Virus record (IMG/VR): IMGVR_UViG_3300027708_000026
Span: 64,001-128,000 of that record
Reading direction: 5' to 3' (one strand)
Length of the DNA: 64,000 nt
Source: a virus
Shown: in pieces, positions 50,976-59,136 of the stretch
Layout: every line of letters starts with the position of its first letter
How positions within the stretch are numbered: position 1 is the first letter of the stretch
Program-made: the position numbers and the translations under genes
Notes under the pieces: generated by a model
What the model was told of the DNA's origin: nothing
The model's input: only the letters and a program-made list of their open reading frames with translations
Databases searched by the model: none

Positions 50976-52422
50976 AGTTGTTATTAAAGATGAAGTCAAT
51001 GTTAAGATAGAAAATCTAGACTTAGATACACGCAAGGCATTGGTCAAAAAATTCAAATATGAGGATCCATCTGCTCGATTTAGGCCCAGCTATAAACTAG
51101 GTAGGTGGGATGGTAGCATCAGCTTCTTTGGATTAGGCGGTACTACCTATATGAGTATGCTAGGTCCGGTGTTAGAATATCTAGAAAGCAAGAATTTTTA
51201 CATCGAAGTAGAAGATCATCGAACTAGTGAGCCCTTAGAATTTCCTGAAATCTTTGAGGACTTTTGGGGAGACCAAACATGGCCCGAAGGACATAGATTT
51301 GCCGGAGAGAAGATTGTGCTGCGCGATGACCAAGTGGATGTTATCAATAAATTTTTAGCCAATCCTCAATGCATTCAAGAAATTGCCACAGGATTTGGTA
51401 AAACTATTACTACTGCCACGCTGTCGAAGATTTGTGAAAAGTATGGACGCACTATAACTATCGTTCCAAACAAAAGTCTAGTGGAACAAACTGAAGAGGA
51501 TTTTGTCAACTGTCAATTAGATGTAGGTGTGTATTACGGTGATAGGAAAGATCTAGACAAGACGCATACAATTTGTACCTGGCAGAGTTTGAACATACTA
51601 GATAAAAATTCTAAAAATTGGGACGAAGCGGCGTGTGCTCGATTAGAAATGTTATTGGATAATGTACAATGCGTTATGGTCGATGAAGTGCATATGGCCA
51701 AAGCTGAAGTGTTAAAAAATCTACTGACTCGCAATCTTTCAAGGACACCAATTCGGTGGGGATTGACTGGCACTATACCCAAAGCCGAACATGAGTTCCA
51801 AAGCATCCGTGCAAGTTTGGGCGAGGTAGTTAATAGAGTTGCTGCACATACTCTACAAGAGGCCGGAGTGCTTAGTAACTGCCATGTCAATATTATACAA
51901 ACCGCTGAATGGAAAGAGTTCGGTAGTTATGCGGAAGAACTGAAATATCTAGTAACTGATCCAACTCGCATGAATTATTTGTGCTCATTGATACAGGGAA
52001 TTTCAGAAACGGGAAATACACTGGTCTTAGTCAATAGGATCGAGTCTGGCAAAACTATGGCAGAGAAATTAACTGATGCAGTATTTGTATCGGGCGAAGT
52101 TAAAACTAAAGATAGAAAAGCAGAATATGATGAAATTAAGACAGTTGACAATAAGATTATTGTGGCGACTTACGGTGTGGCCGCTGTGGGTATTAATATT
52201 CCTAGGATTTTTAATCTGGTTCTTCTGGAGCCCGGAAAGAGCTTTGTACGAGTTATACAGTCGATTGGGCGAGGTATTCGAAAAGCAGACGACAAAGATT
52301 TCGTAACTATCTGGGATGTAACAGCAGCCAGCAAATACGCCAAACGTCACCTGACAGAAAGAAAGAGATTTTATAAAGAAGCCAAATATCCATTTACGAT
52401 TGAAAAAGTAAAATATGTATAA
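50962..52422 (+). CDS. uvsW: SF2 DNA helicase (UvsW-like)
   Basis: GRWDG, ATGFGKT, DEVH, GLTGT, GINIP and QSIGRGIR motifs; TTG start. Confidence 0.93.
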   Translation: MATCKVVIKDEVNVKIENLDLDTRKALVKKFKYEDPSARFRPSYKLGRWDGSISFFGLGGTTYMSMLGPVLEYLESKNFYIEVEDHRTSEPLEFPEIFEDFWGDQTWPEGHRFAGEKIVLRDDQVDVINKFLANPQCIQEIATGFGKTITTATLSKICEKYGRTITIVPNKSLVEQTEEDFVNCQLDVGVYYGDRKDLDKTHTICTWQSLNILDKNSKNWDEAACARLEMLLDNVQCVMVDEVHMAKAEVLKNLLTRNLSRTPIRWGLTGTIPKAEHEFQSIRASLGEVVNRVAAHTLQEAGVLSNCHVNIIQTAEWKEFGSYAEELKYLVTDPTRMNYLCSLIQGISETGNTLVLVNRIESGKTMAEKLTDAVFVSGEVKTKDRKAEYDEIKTVDNKIIVATYGVAAVGINIPRIFNLVLLEPGKSFVRVIQSIGRGIRKADDKDFVTIWDVTAASKYAKRHLTERKRFYKEAKYPFTIEKVKYV

Positions 52423-53122
52423 CATCTTTAAGAAAAAAGAAAAACTAAAAATAGACATTTACGGACCGTGTGGCCAACTGATAGATATGTTTCCACCTAC
52501 CTTGATGAAGGAGTCGTTGCCAAAATGGTTTGGTAATTTGTCTAATAAACAGAAGCCATATAAAACTGTAAAGGGCTGTCCGGGGCTACATCATCTATAT
52601 GGCAAGGGTATTTCATTGCCCTTGTGGTCGGACTATTCTATAGAAATTGGAGAAACTAGTATTGAAAATATTGATTGGCCAAAAAAATCCAATCAGGTGG
52701 GTGCAACAGCGCATGACTTGGAATTACAAGCGCCCGGTGCTTGGCCCGGTTATAAGAGTATTAAATTTTCAAGCCCGTGGTTTTTCTCCTGCAAAGAACC
52801 TGTACCATTTGTATGGGTTCAGAATGTTTGGTCGTACGAAGACCCACAACAATTTACCGTAGTGCCGGGTATGACTGAATTTAAATATACACACCAAACA
52901 CATATCAATACATTATGGAAAACTGACGGGAAACCTAGAAAAGAAATATTAAAAGCAGGAACTCCGATGGTTCAACTGGTACCTTTAACTGAGCGTCCTA
53001 TCGAACTATCATTCAACGTGATGACCGAAGAAATTTTCAACCAAAAATTTATGGTTTGGGATTTTACATTCGCTGCATTCTATGCAAAATCAAAATTTGC
53101 AATTAACAAAAACGAAACATAA
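52415..53122 (+). CDS. Hypothetical protein (TVKGCPG...KAGTPMVQLVP family)
   Basis: Pattern common among accessory proteins of aquatic phages; function unknown. Confidence 0.55.
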   Translation: MYNIFKKKEKLKIDIYGPCGQLIDMFPPTLMKESLPKWFGNLSNKQKPYKTVKGCPGLHHLYGKGISLPLWSDYSIEIGETSIENIDWPKKSNQVGATAHDLELQAPGAWPGYKSIKFSSPWFFSCKEPVPFVWVQNVWSYEDPQQFTVVPGMTEFKYTHQTHINTLWKTDGKPRKEILKAGTPMVQLVPLTERPIELSFNVMTEEIFNQKFMVWDFTFAAFYAKSKFAINKNET

Positions 53123-53124
53123 CT

Positions 53125-53628
53125 ATGCAAATTTTAACCTTAGACAACAAGACCATGTTCTTAAACGATCTACCTAGCGAGATCGATGATGACCTTAGAT
53201 TTGCTATTCTTGATAACAGCGACAGCTCAAACCCCGATCACTTTTTTATACCTTTGATATTTTTAGAAAGTTTTACCGGTCCCGCGGTAGTCTTAAAAAT
53301 AGGCCCTCACGAACTCAGCATGCCATTAGATTGGTGTACTATCGTAGGTGATCCAGAGGGTCCTGATATGGAAGTACTACCGCTGACCAGTTTGAATGAT
53401 CGAGGTTTTAAAACTTTCTGTTTCAATCCTCGCGGCAGCTTCCGTCCAGAATTTTTAGATATCGACATCATTGATGTGTATCAAGATGTCAAATGGTATT
53501 TCCCTAAAATGCGTCCCGGACATTTGTTATGCACTCCATTAGAAGCCGGTGACAATCCTAGATGTGCTTATTTTGTCAAAGAAGTGAGCCGTCAAAATGA
53601 ACTCGTAGATTATACTAAGTGTTGGTAA
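53125..53628 (+). CDS. Hypothetical protein
   Basis: 167-aa beta-rich ORF in the replication operon. Confidence 0.65.
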   Translation: MQILTLDNKTMFLNDLPSEIDDDLRFAILDNSDSSNPDHFFIPLIFLESFTGPAVVLKIGPHELSMPLDWCTIVGDPEGPDMEVLPLTSLNDRGFKTFCFNPRGSFRPEFLDIDIIDVYQDVKWYFPKMRPGHLLCTPLEAGDNPRCAYFVKEVSRQNELVDYTKCW

Positions 53629-53895
53629 ATGACTCGAATATTTGAAAGCCCGGACAAGGGTGAAACCGTATATGCCAGAGATATGGGTTCAACTGAACGG
53701 GTCATTCATTCAGAGAGCGAAAAGAGAAAAAGTCTTCACGATGATATAAAAGAATCTCAGCTCTGGGGAAATATTCATCGTGCGGCAAAGACCAATCCTG
53801 CTTTACAAGAAGCATTAGATCGTGTTAAAATAACATACTACCTAACAGCAGATTACGAAAAACGATATGGCAACCGCAAAAACACCAAAACCTAA
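53629..53895 (+). CDS. Hypothetical protein
   Basis: IFESPDKGETVYAR N-terminal motif; abuts the upstream stop codon. Confidence 0.6.
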   Translation: MTRIFESPDKGETVYARDMGSTERVIHSESEKRKSLHDDIKESQLWGNIHRAAKTNPALQEALDRVKITYYLTADYEKRYGNRKNTKT

Positions 53896-54361
53896 AGCAA
53901 AGCCAAAACTTGACTTAACTAAGGTACTCAACGCCGTTGATTCTAGGAACTACGGATTCTATGATACTCTGACCGAGGAAGAGGTCAAAGGATTCAGTCC
54001 ATATGTGCTGATGAGATATACATCGAATGTCAGCTCTAGTGATAAAGGAGTTCATGAATGGTTTATAGAAAGGACCAATGAACGTGTAAATTTGAATCAC
54101 TGGGACTTGAGTAAGAATCATGAAGCATTGTTGTGGAAGCTGTGTGCTACAGTAGGTACAGGTGAAAAATACTATCATCAATATGCCAAGGCTCCTGGCA
54201 AAGAGTCAGCTAACAAGATTGAAAAATTGTTATGCGAACTACATCCAGCGATGAAAATGTCTGACATCAAGGTTATGGCAGGTATGATGAGCGATGAGGA
54301 TTGTAAAGAGCTATTCGATAAGATGGGATTTGATAAGAAACAAAGGAAGATCTACGAATAA
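53867..54361 (+). CDS. Clamp-loader small subunit-like protein (gp62-like)
   Basis: FSPYVLMRYTS...N..VN pattern resembles gp62-family proteins; replication context. Confidence 0.5.
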   Translation: MATAKTPKPKAKPKLDLTKVLNAVDSRNYGFYDTLTEEEVKGFSPYVLMRYTSNVSSSDKGVHEWFIERTNERVNLNHWDLSKNHEALLWKLCATVGTGEKYYHQYAKAPGKESANKIEKLLCELHPAMKMSDIKVMAGMMSDEDCKELFDKMGFDKKQRKIYE

Positions 54362-54567
54362 TGGAAAACTCTAAAGAAAATACCATGCGTGTACTAAAAG
54401 GACAGTTTCCCATACAGAAACTTCGTTGCCGTATGAATTGGCATAGGTGGACCAGTTGGGAAGTAATTACAAACCCTAATTTTGGAAATACATATGCCCA
54501 CTGTCATTGTGCAGACTGTGGTATGCCACGGCAAGAACTTCCGTACACCAAAAGTAGGAGAATATGA
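54361..54567 (+). CDS. Small Cys/His-rich hypothetical protein
   Basis: CRMNWHRW...HCHCADCG motif; translationally coupled to its neighbours. Confidence 0.55.
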   Translation: MENSKENTMRVLKGQFPIQKLRCRMNWHRWTSWEVITNPNFGNTYAHCHCADCGMPRQELPYTKSRRI

Positions 54568-55259
54568 TCGCATTAGTAGAACAACCTTATAATTGTGTAC
54601 ATTGCGGTAAGAGTTTTATGAAAGATAAAACTCTAGTAGCGCATATGTGTGAGCGCAAACGCCGCGCACTGCAAAAAGACGAGAAGCGTGTGCAAGCAGG
54701 CTTTATGGCATTCAATCGTTTTTGGCAACTGACACAAAATGCCAAGAAGTCTAAGACATATGACAACTTTGCCGACAGCAGTTATTACAATGCATTTGTT
54801 AAATTTGGTGGATTTGTCAATAACATAAATCCCCTGTACCCAGATAAGTTTATCGACTATGTGATCAAAAGTGGAGTCAAGTTGGATCACTGGTGTAGAG
54901 ATGAATTGTATGAGAAATATCTTTATGAGATGATCAAAGTCGAGCCAGTTGAAAGCGCAGTACAGCGTTCATTGAAAACAATGATGGAATGGGGAGACGA
55001 GCGCGATATGAATTTTTCAGAATACTTCTCTCAGGTCAGCTTAAACAAAGCAGTATATGATATACTAAACGGGAAGATAAGTCCTTGGATAATTTTAAAT
55101 TGTAACGCTGGACAGTCCATGGTCAAGGGAATGAGTGATGAGCAGCTGGACATGATTGCTCCGGCATTTGATGTGCCGTACTGGTTGCGTAAATTCCGTG
55201 AACTACCAGCTGATACTGCATTGGTAAAAGAGATATGTTCAGAGGCGGGAATAAAATGA
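54564..55259 (+). CDS. Zn-finger hypothetical protein
   Basis: N-terminal YNCVHCGKSFMKDKTLVAHMC (C2HC finger). Confidence 0.65.
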   Translation: MIALVEQPYNCVHCGKSFMKDKTLVAHMCERKRRALQKDEKRVQAGFMAFNRFWQLTQNAKKSKTYDNFADSSYYNAFVKFGGFVNNINPLYPDKFIDYVIKSGVKLDHWCRDELYEKYLYEMIKVEPVESAVQRSLKTMMEWGDERDMNFSEYFSQVSLNKAVYDILNGKISPWIILNCNAGQSMVKGMSDEQLDMIAPAFDVPYWLRKFRELPADTALVKEICSEAGIK

Positions 55260-55645
55260 GTCAGGAAAATGTTAAAAAATTTGTAGAGCATCATCGAATC
55301 AATGTTATTGATGATAACAAACGTGCCTATAAACATACACGCATGGATGTGAAATATTTTCAGTTTCCCGATGACTATAATAAGATGAATACGACACAGG
55401 CGATACAATACGAAACTGTAAAACTATTAACAGTGGAAATTACCGAAGATACATTAGAAAGAATAGCAGACTTTGAAACTGAAGTATTCAATAACATGCG
55501 AGATCAAGGTCATTATAGAATGTTTGAAACCTTGATGGAACAGAAGGAAAAAGAAAAATATCTAAGGTTCACATATCCAGCAGTGAAAAAGGCTTACGAA
55601 CATTATAGTCTTATGTTAAAACTAGCAGAAAGCGGGGAAATGTGA
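55256..55645 (+). CDS. Hypothetical protein
   Basis: ATG 55256 overlaps the upstream stop (ATGA); C-terminal YPAVKKAYEHY. Confidence 0.6.
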   Translation: MSQENVKKFVEHHRINVIDDNKRAYKHTRMDVKYFQFPDDYNKMNTTQAIQYETVKLLTVEITEDTLERIADFETEVFNNMRDQGHYRMFETLMEQKEKEKYLRFTYPAVKKAYEHYSLMLKLAESGEM

Positions 55646-56118
55646 CCAACATAGTTAAGGGTAGGACCAGTTATGACTCTACTTCTACTGGCGCCATAAT
55701 TCCTTTCCTTAATAGGAATGTCACACCTTATGCTACAGAATCTAGCGGACCAACATTTGATCTAATACCAGTCACTGAACAAAAGGATCTAATGATCAAT
55801 CATGCCAGGATGTATGCCCAGCAAGAATATGATCGTATCATGGAATTGGTTCGAGTACTAGAAGGTCAGGCTCGCCAAATTAAAAGAAGATTAGAAATAA
55901 CAGATGCAGTACATGCATCAGAATTTCAATTTAAACTGGTCATGGGCAAGTGCTATTGGCTAGTTTGGGACAAGAGAAAAGAAAAAACTCTGTTGGTGCT
56001 GCAAGGACCTGACGGGTGGAGCACCGGTGTGCCGGAGGATTATGTGTATCAAACCCAAGTTAAATATATGGGAGATCATACTTGGTTAGAAGTTGATGAA
56101 GAAGGGGAACCTATATGA
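55642..56118 (+). CDS. DUF2452-like protein
   Basis: QARQIKRRLEI...F..VMGKCYWL...P..W...V...DHTW pattern. Confidence 0.5.
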   Translation: MTNIVKGRTSYDSTSTGAIIPFLNRNVTPYATESSGPTFDLIPVTEQKDLMINHARMYAQQEYDRIMELVRVLEGQARQIKRRLEITDAVHASEFQFKLVMGKCYWLVWDKRKEKTLLVLQGPDGWSTGVPEDYVYQTQVKYMGDHTWLEVDEEGEPI

Positions 56119-56303
56119 ATAAGCCAAAACAAGGCAGTAGATGGATTGGTAGCGGGAGTCACGAAGTATTTCGAGTACTGAATACTATTGACATGAAAGA
56201 TGGACATACCTGGGTACACTACTGTAAAGAAAATGACGGGGATCAGAACTACAGTTGCTACTTAGAAAGTTTTTTAGAACGATTTACAGAAACCGTTAAT
56301 TAA
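56115..56303 (+). CDS. Small hypothetical protein
   Basis: 62 aa, SD GAAGGGG, WVHY...YSC..ESF..RF pattern. Confidence 0.6.
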   Translation: MNKPKQGSRWIGSGSHEVFRVLNTIDMKDGHTWVHYCKENDGDQNYSCYLESFLERFTETVN

Positions 56304-56312
56304 TGCTATAAT
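56283..56312 (+). promoter_or_regulatory. Sigma70 extended -10 promoter
   Basis: TTTACA...TGcTATAAT, with the ATG 5 nt downstream. Confidence 0.6.
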
Positions 56313-56317
56313 AATGT

Positions 56318-56905
56318 ATGCCTGATATCGATGTAGACTTTGCCAATCGTGATGATATTTTAAACATTATCAAACACATACCTGCGGCTATTCGTGATAA
56401 GGACACACTGAAAAAACATAACACTGGCGTATACTGTTCCACTATCCCCTATAATCCATTAACTGATACTGCCAGTATCGATTATAAAACTGCCGACGAA
56501 CGTGGATATTTTAAGATAGATTTTTTAAATGTTGGAGCATATCACGGAGTCAAGAACGAAGAACATTTGAAGCAGTTGCTTGACATTGAACCGCTATGGG
56601 ATTTGTTAGAATCTAAAGATGTGTGCGATCAATTATTTCACATCAACGGATATCATAACTTGTTGGCAGATTTAAAACCTAAAAGTATCGTTGAACTAGC
56701 CATGGTCCTGGCCATGATCAGACCCGGCAAAAAATATCTCGTCCCAGTATGCAAGGAACAAGGATTCCAGGCCATCAATGATGAAATATGGACTAAGACT
56801 GAGGATGCCTATTTCTTCAAGAAGGCCCACGCCATATCGTATGCGTCGGTTATTGTAGTTCAACTTAACCTCCTATGTGAGCGTATTAGCTGCGGGTACT
56901 CTTAA
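56318..56905 (+). CDS. Minimal DNA polymerase III alpha (DnaE)-like catalytic core
   Basis: MPDIDVDF, KHNTGVY, GYFKIDFL, AMIRPG and YFFKKAHAISYA match DnaE palm and finger motifs within only 195 aa. Confidence 0.85.
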   Translation: MPDIDVDFANRDDILNIIKHIPAAIRDKDTLKKHNTGVYCSTIPYNPLTDTASIDYKTADERGYFKIDFLNVGAYHGVKNEEHLKQLLDIEPLWDLLESKDVCDQLFHINGYHNLLADLKPKSIVELAMVLAMIRPGKKYLVPVCKEQGFQAINDEIWTKTEDAYFFKKAHAISYASVIVVQLNLLCERISCGYS

Positions 56906-57269
56906 CTGCCCTAACTAGTTGTATTGATTTTCTTTTTATTCTTTTTTCGGCAATTTCACTGAGATTAACAGTGGGGCCAAATACCACTTCGATATCTTTG
57001 CTGCTGAATGTTTTTATCGTATACCTAAATGCCTGCATTTCTTTTTTTAGGAAAATATTAATAGGTATTCGACGATTGCTCTCCCACCACCATATTTCAC
57101 CTAATTCTAAAAAAGCCAATCGATCTTCCTCAGTTTTAACAGTGGATATATCGTAGATACTAGTGATATAGTCATCGAAATTAATGACGATTCCCACATA
57201 TTCTATGTTATTTGATTTAACACAGGAGATGAAGGGATGATTTTCTTGGAAGGTATTGGGAACAGCCAT
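56886..57269 (-). CDS. Hypothetical protein
   Basis: Likely start ATG 57269 (MAVPNTF); WWWESNRRIPINIFL motif; minus-strand TATAAATA at 57305-57312. Confidence 0.6.
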   Translation of the reverse strand: MAVPNTFQENHPFISCVKSNNIEYVGIVINFDDYITSIYDISTVKTEEDRLAFLELGEIWWWESNRRIPINIFLKKEMQAFRYTIKTFSSKDIEVVFGPTVNLSEIAEKRIKRKSIQLVRAVKSTRS

Positions 57270-57286
57270 TATCAATAAATACTTGT

Positions 57287-58123
57287 ATGCAAAGTTTACC
57301 AATCTATTTATACGAAAATATTCTGGCTGTAACATTAGATTTGGATACAACAGTCCGGGGAGTCAATCAAGTCATGTATCAACGCGATTTACAAATACAA
57401 AAGGGCATCAAAAACGTAGTCCGAATACAGTTCAAAAACAGCAATCAAAAGCGAGTCCCGATAACAGACGCATCTGTTTTCATATTCTCCATGTTTGATG
57501 CTGTCAACAACCGATTGCTGGTAGAAAAGCAACTCACAATCTTAGATGACGGATCTACTCTAGCTTTAAAAGGTCTCGCAGAATTGACATTGACTGAAAG
57601 CGATACCATGGATCTACCAGTATCCAGTTATCAATTTGTGATCAAGCATCAAGATCCAACTGACGGAACTTACTTGCCAACTTACGCAGATACCTACTAT
57701 GGTGTCAGTGGCAGGCTTCATTTAAAACAAGATGCTTATCCAATTTTGCAGCCCAGTCAGGAAATCGTCAGCTTCAATCGCAGCTACAACTCATCGATTG
57801 CCAAATACGAACACTCTTCCGGTAGTGTGTATGCTTATCCAGAGTTCAATGGAAACCAAGCACTTCATACCATGGCTATCTACATGAAGAAATTTAAAGG
57901 TACGGTTTATATTCAAGGAACACTTTCTAATATTCCGGGATTCAACTATTCAACTATTAGCACCAAAGTATACAATGGATTTAGCGGAATTGATTACGTC
58001 AATTTCAACGGAGTATACACATACGTTCGGGCATACTATGTGCCCGCAACTGCCCCAGCAGAATCTATGAACGATAATACTGCTTTCTACGGATCACTTG
58101 ACAAAATACTGTATAGATGCTAA
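57287..58123 (+). CDS. Putative virion structural protein
   Basis: Beta-rich 278-aa protein; TAAATA (57276-57281) 5 nt before the ATG. Confidence 0.5.
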   Translation: MQSLPIYLYENILAVTLDLDTTVRGVNQVMYQRDLQIQKGIKNVVRIQFKNSNQKRVPITDASVFIFSMFDAVNNRLLVEKQLTILDDGSTLALKGLAELTLTESDTMDLPVSSYQFVIKHQDPTDGTYLPTYADTYYGVSGRLHLKQDAYPILQPSQEIVSFNRSYNSSIAKYEHSSGSVYAYPEFNGNQALHTMAIYMKKFKGTVYIQGTLSNIPGFNYSTISTKVYNGFSGIDYVNFNGVYTYVRAYYVPATAPAESMNDNTAFYGSLDKILYRC

Positions 58124-58126
58124 AAT
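58098..58126 (+). promoter_or_regulatory. Sigma70 promoter for primase-helicase
   Basis: TTGACA-17 bp-TAAAAT with TG extension; GTG start 5 nt downstream. Confidence 0.75.
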
Positions 58127-58131
58127 AAAGT

Positions 58132-59136
58132 GTGAACGAAATACAGTCAACACTTCAAGCATTACTGCCTTCCAAAAAGAAATCTACCCTAAGCGGTTGG
58201 GATTCTTTTAACGCACCCTGCTGTCACAATCGCGGAGAAACTCGCGACAAACATCAGCGCGGCGGTATACGCATAGAGAAGGATGGCTTCGTTTTCCATT
58301 GCTTTAACTGCGGATTTGCTGCTGGATGGACTCCCGGTAAATTACTGAGCAAAAATACCAAAGACTTATTCAAATGGCTGGGATTGGGTGAACTTGATAT
58401 AGGCAAACTTAATTTGGCAGCACTCAAGATCAAAGATGATCAACCAGTATTCAAAAAGCCTCTAAACTTTACATTGGAAGAACGACCTTTACCAGAAGGC
58501 GCTATGCTACTCAAAGAGTGGGCATTGGCGATTTGGCGTCCTGGCCAAGATGCAGACATGGTTCAAGTGTTTGAATACCTTGTCAGTAGAGGCATGGAAC
58601 TCGATTGGTATGATTGGATGTGGACTCCTGCTGCTGGATACAAGGATCGATTACTTATACCTTTCTATCACGATGGTAAAGTAGTTGGCTACACTGGTCG
58701 TAAGATAACTGAAGGCAAGCCAAAATATCTAACAGATGCTCAATCTGGTTATGTATTCAACTTGGATCGTCAGACTAGAGACAGGGAATTTGTCATAGTA
58801 GTTGAGGGTCAGTTTGATGCCATAGCAGTTGACGGATGTGCCATAATGCACAACGATCCCAATGACACACAGGTGACTAGGCTGAATGCCATGGGCAAAG
58901 AAGTAATAGTCGTACCGGACAAGGATCGCCCGGGTGCAAAACTTGTCGCCGCTGCCATAAAGAATAAATGGAGTGCCAGTTTGCCCCCGTGGGAAGATGA
59001 CATAAAAGATGTCGCCGATGCAGTCAAACGATATGGCAGAATATACACATTAACCACGATATTGAACTACAAGGTTAGTGGCGAGATAAATTTACATCTA
59101 CTTAAGAAGAAACTAGAGTCTATAACCAATGAATAA
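58132..59136 (+). CDS. DNA primase (DnaG/gp61-like)
   Basis: Zn-binding PCCH...HCFNCG, RLLIPF..GYTGR, PKYL, Toprim VEGQFDA and PDKD, and KDVAD motifs. Confidence 0.88.
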   Translation: MNEIQSTLQALLPSKKKSTLSGWDSFNAPCCHNRGETRDKHQRGGIRIEKDGFVFHCFNCGFAAGWTPGKLLSKNTKDLFKWLGLGELDIGKLNLAALKIKDDQPVFKKPLNFTLEERPLPEGAMLLKEWALAIWRPGQDADMVQVFEYLVSRGMELDWYDWMWTPAAGYKDRLLIPFYHDGKVVGYTGRKITEGKPKYLTDAQSGYVFNLDRQTRDREFVIVVEGQFDAIAVDGCAIMHNDPNDTQVTRLNAMGKEVIVVPDKDRPGAKLVAAAIKNKWSASLPPWEDDIKDVADAVKRYGRIYTLTTILNYKVSGEINLHLLKKKLESITNE

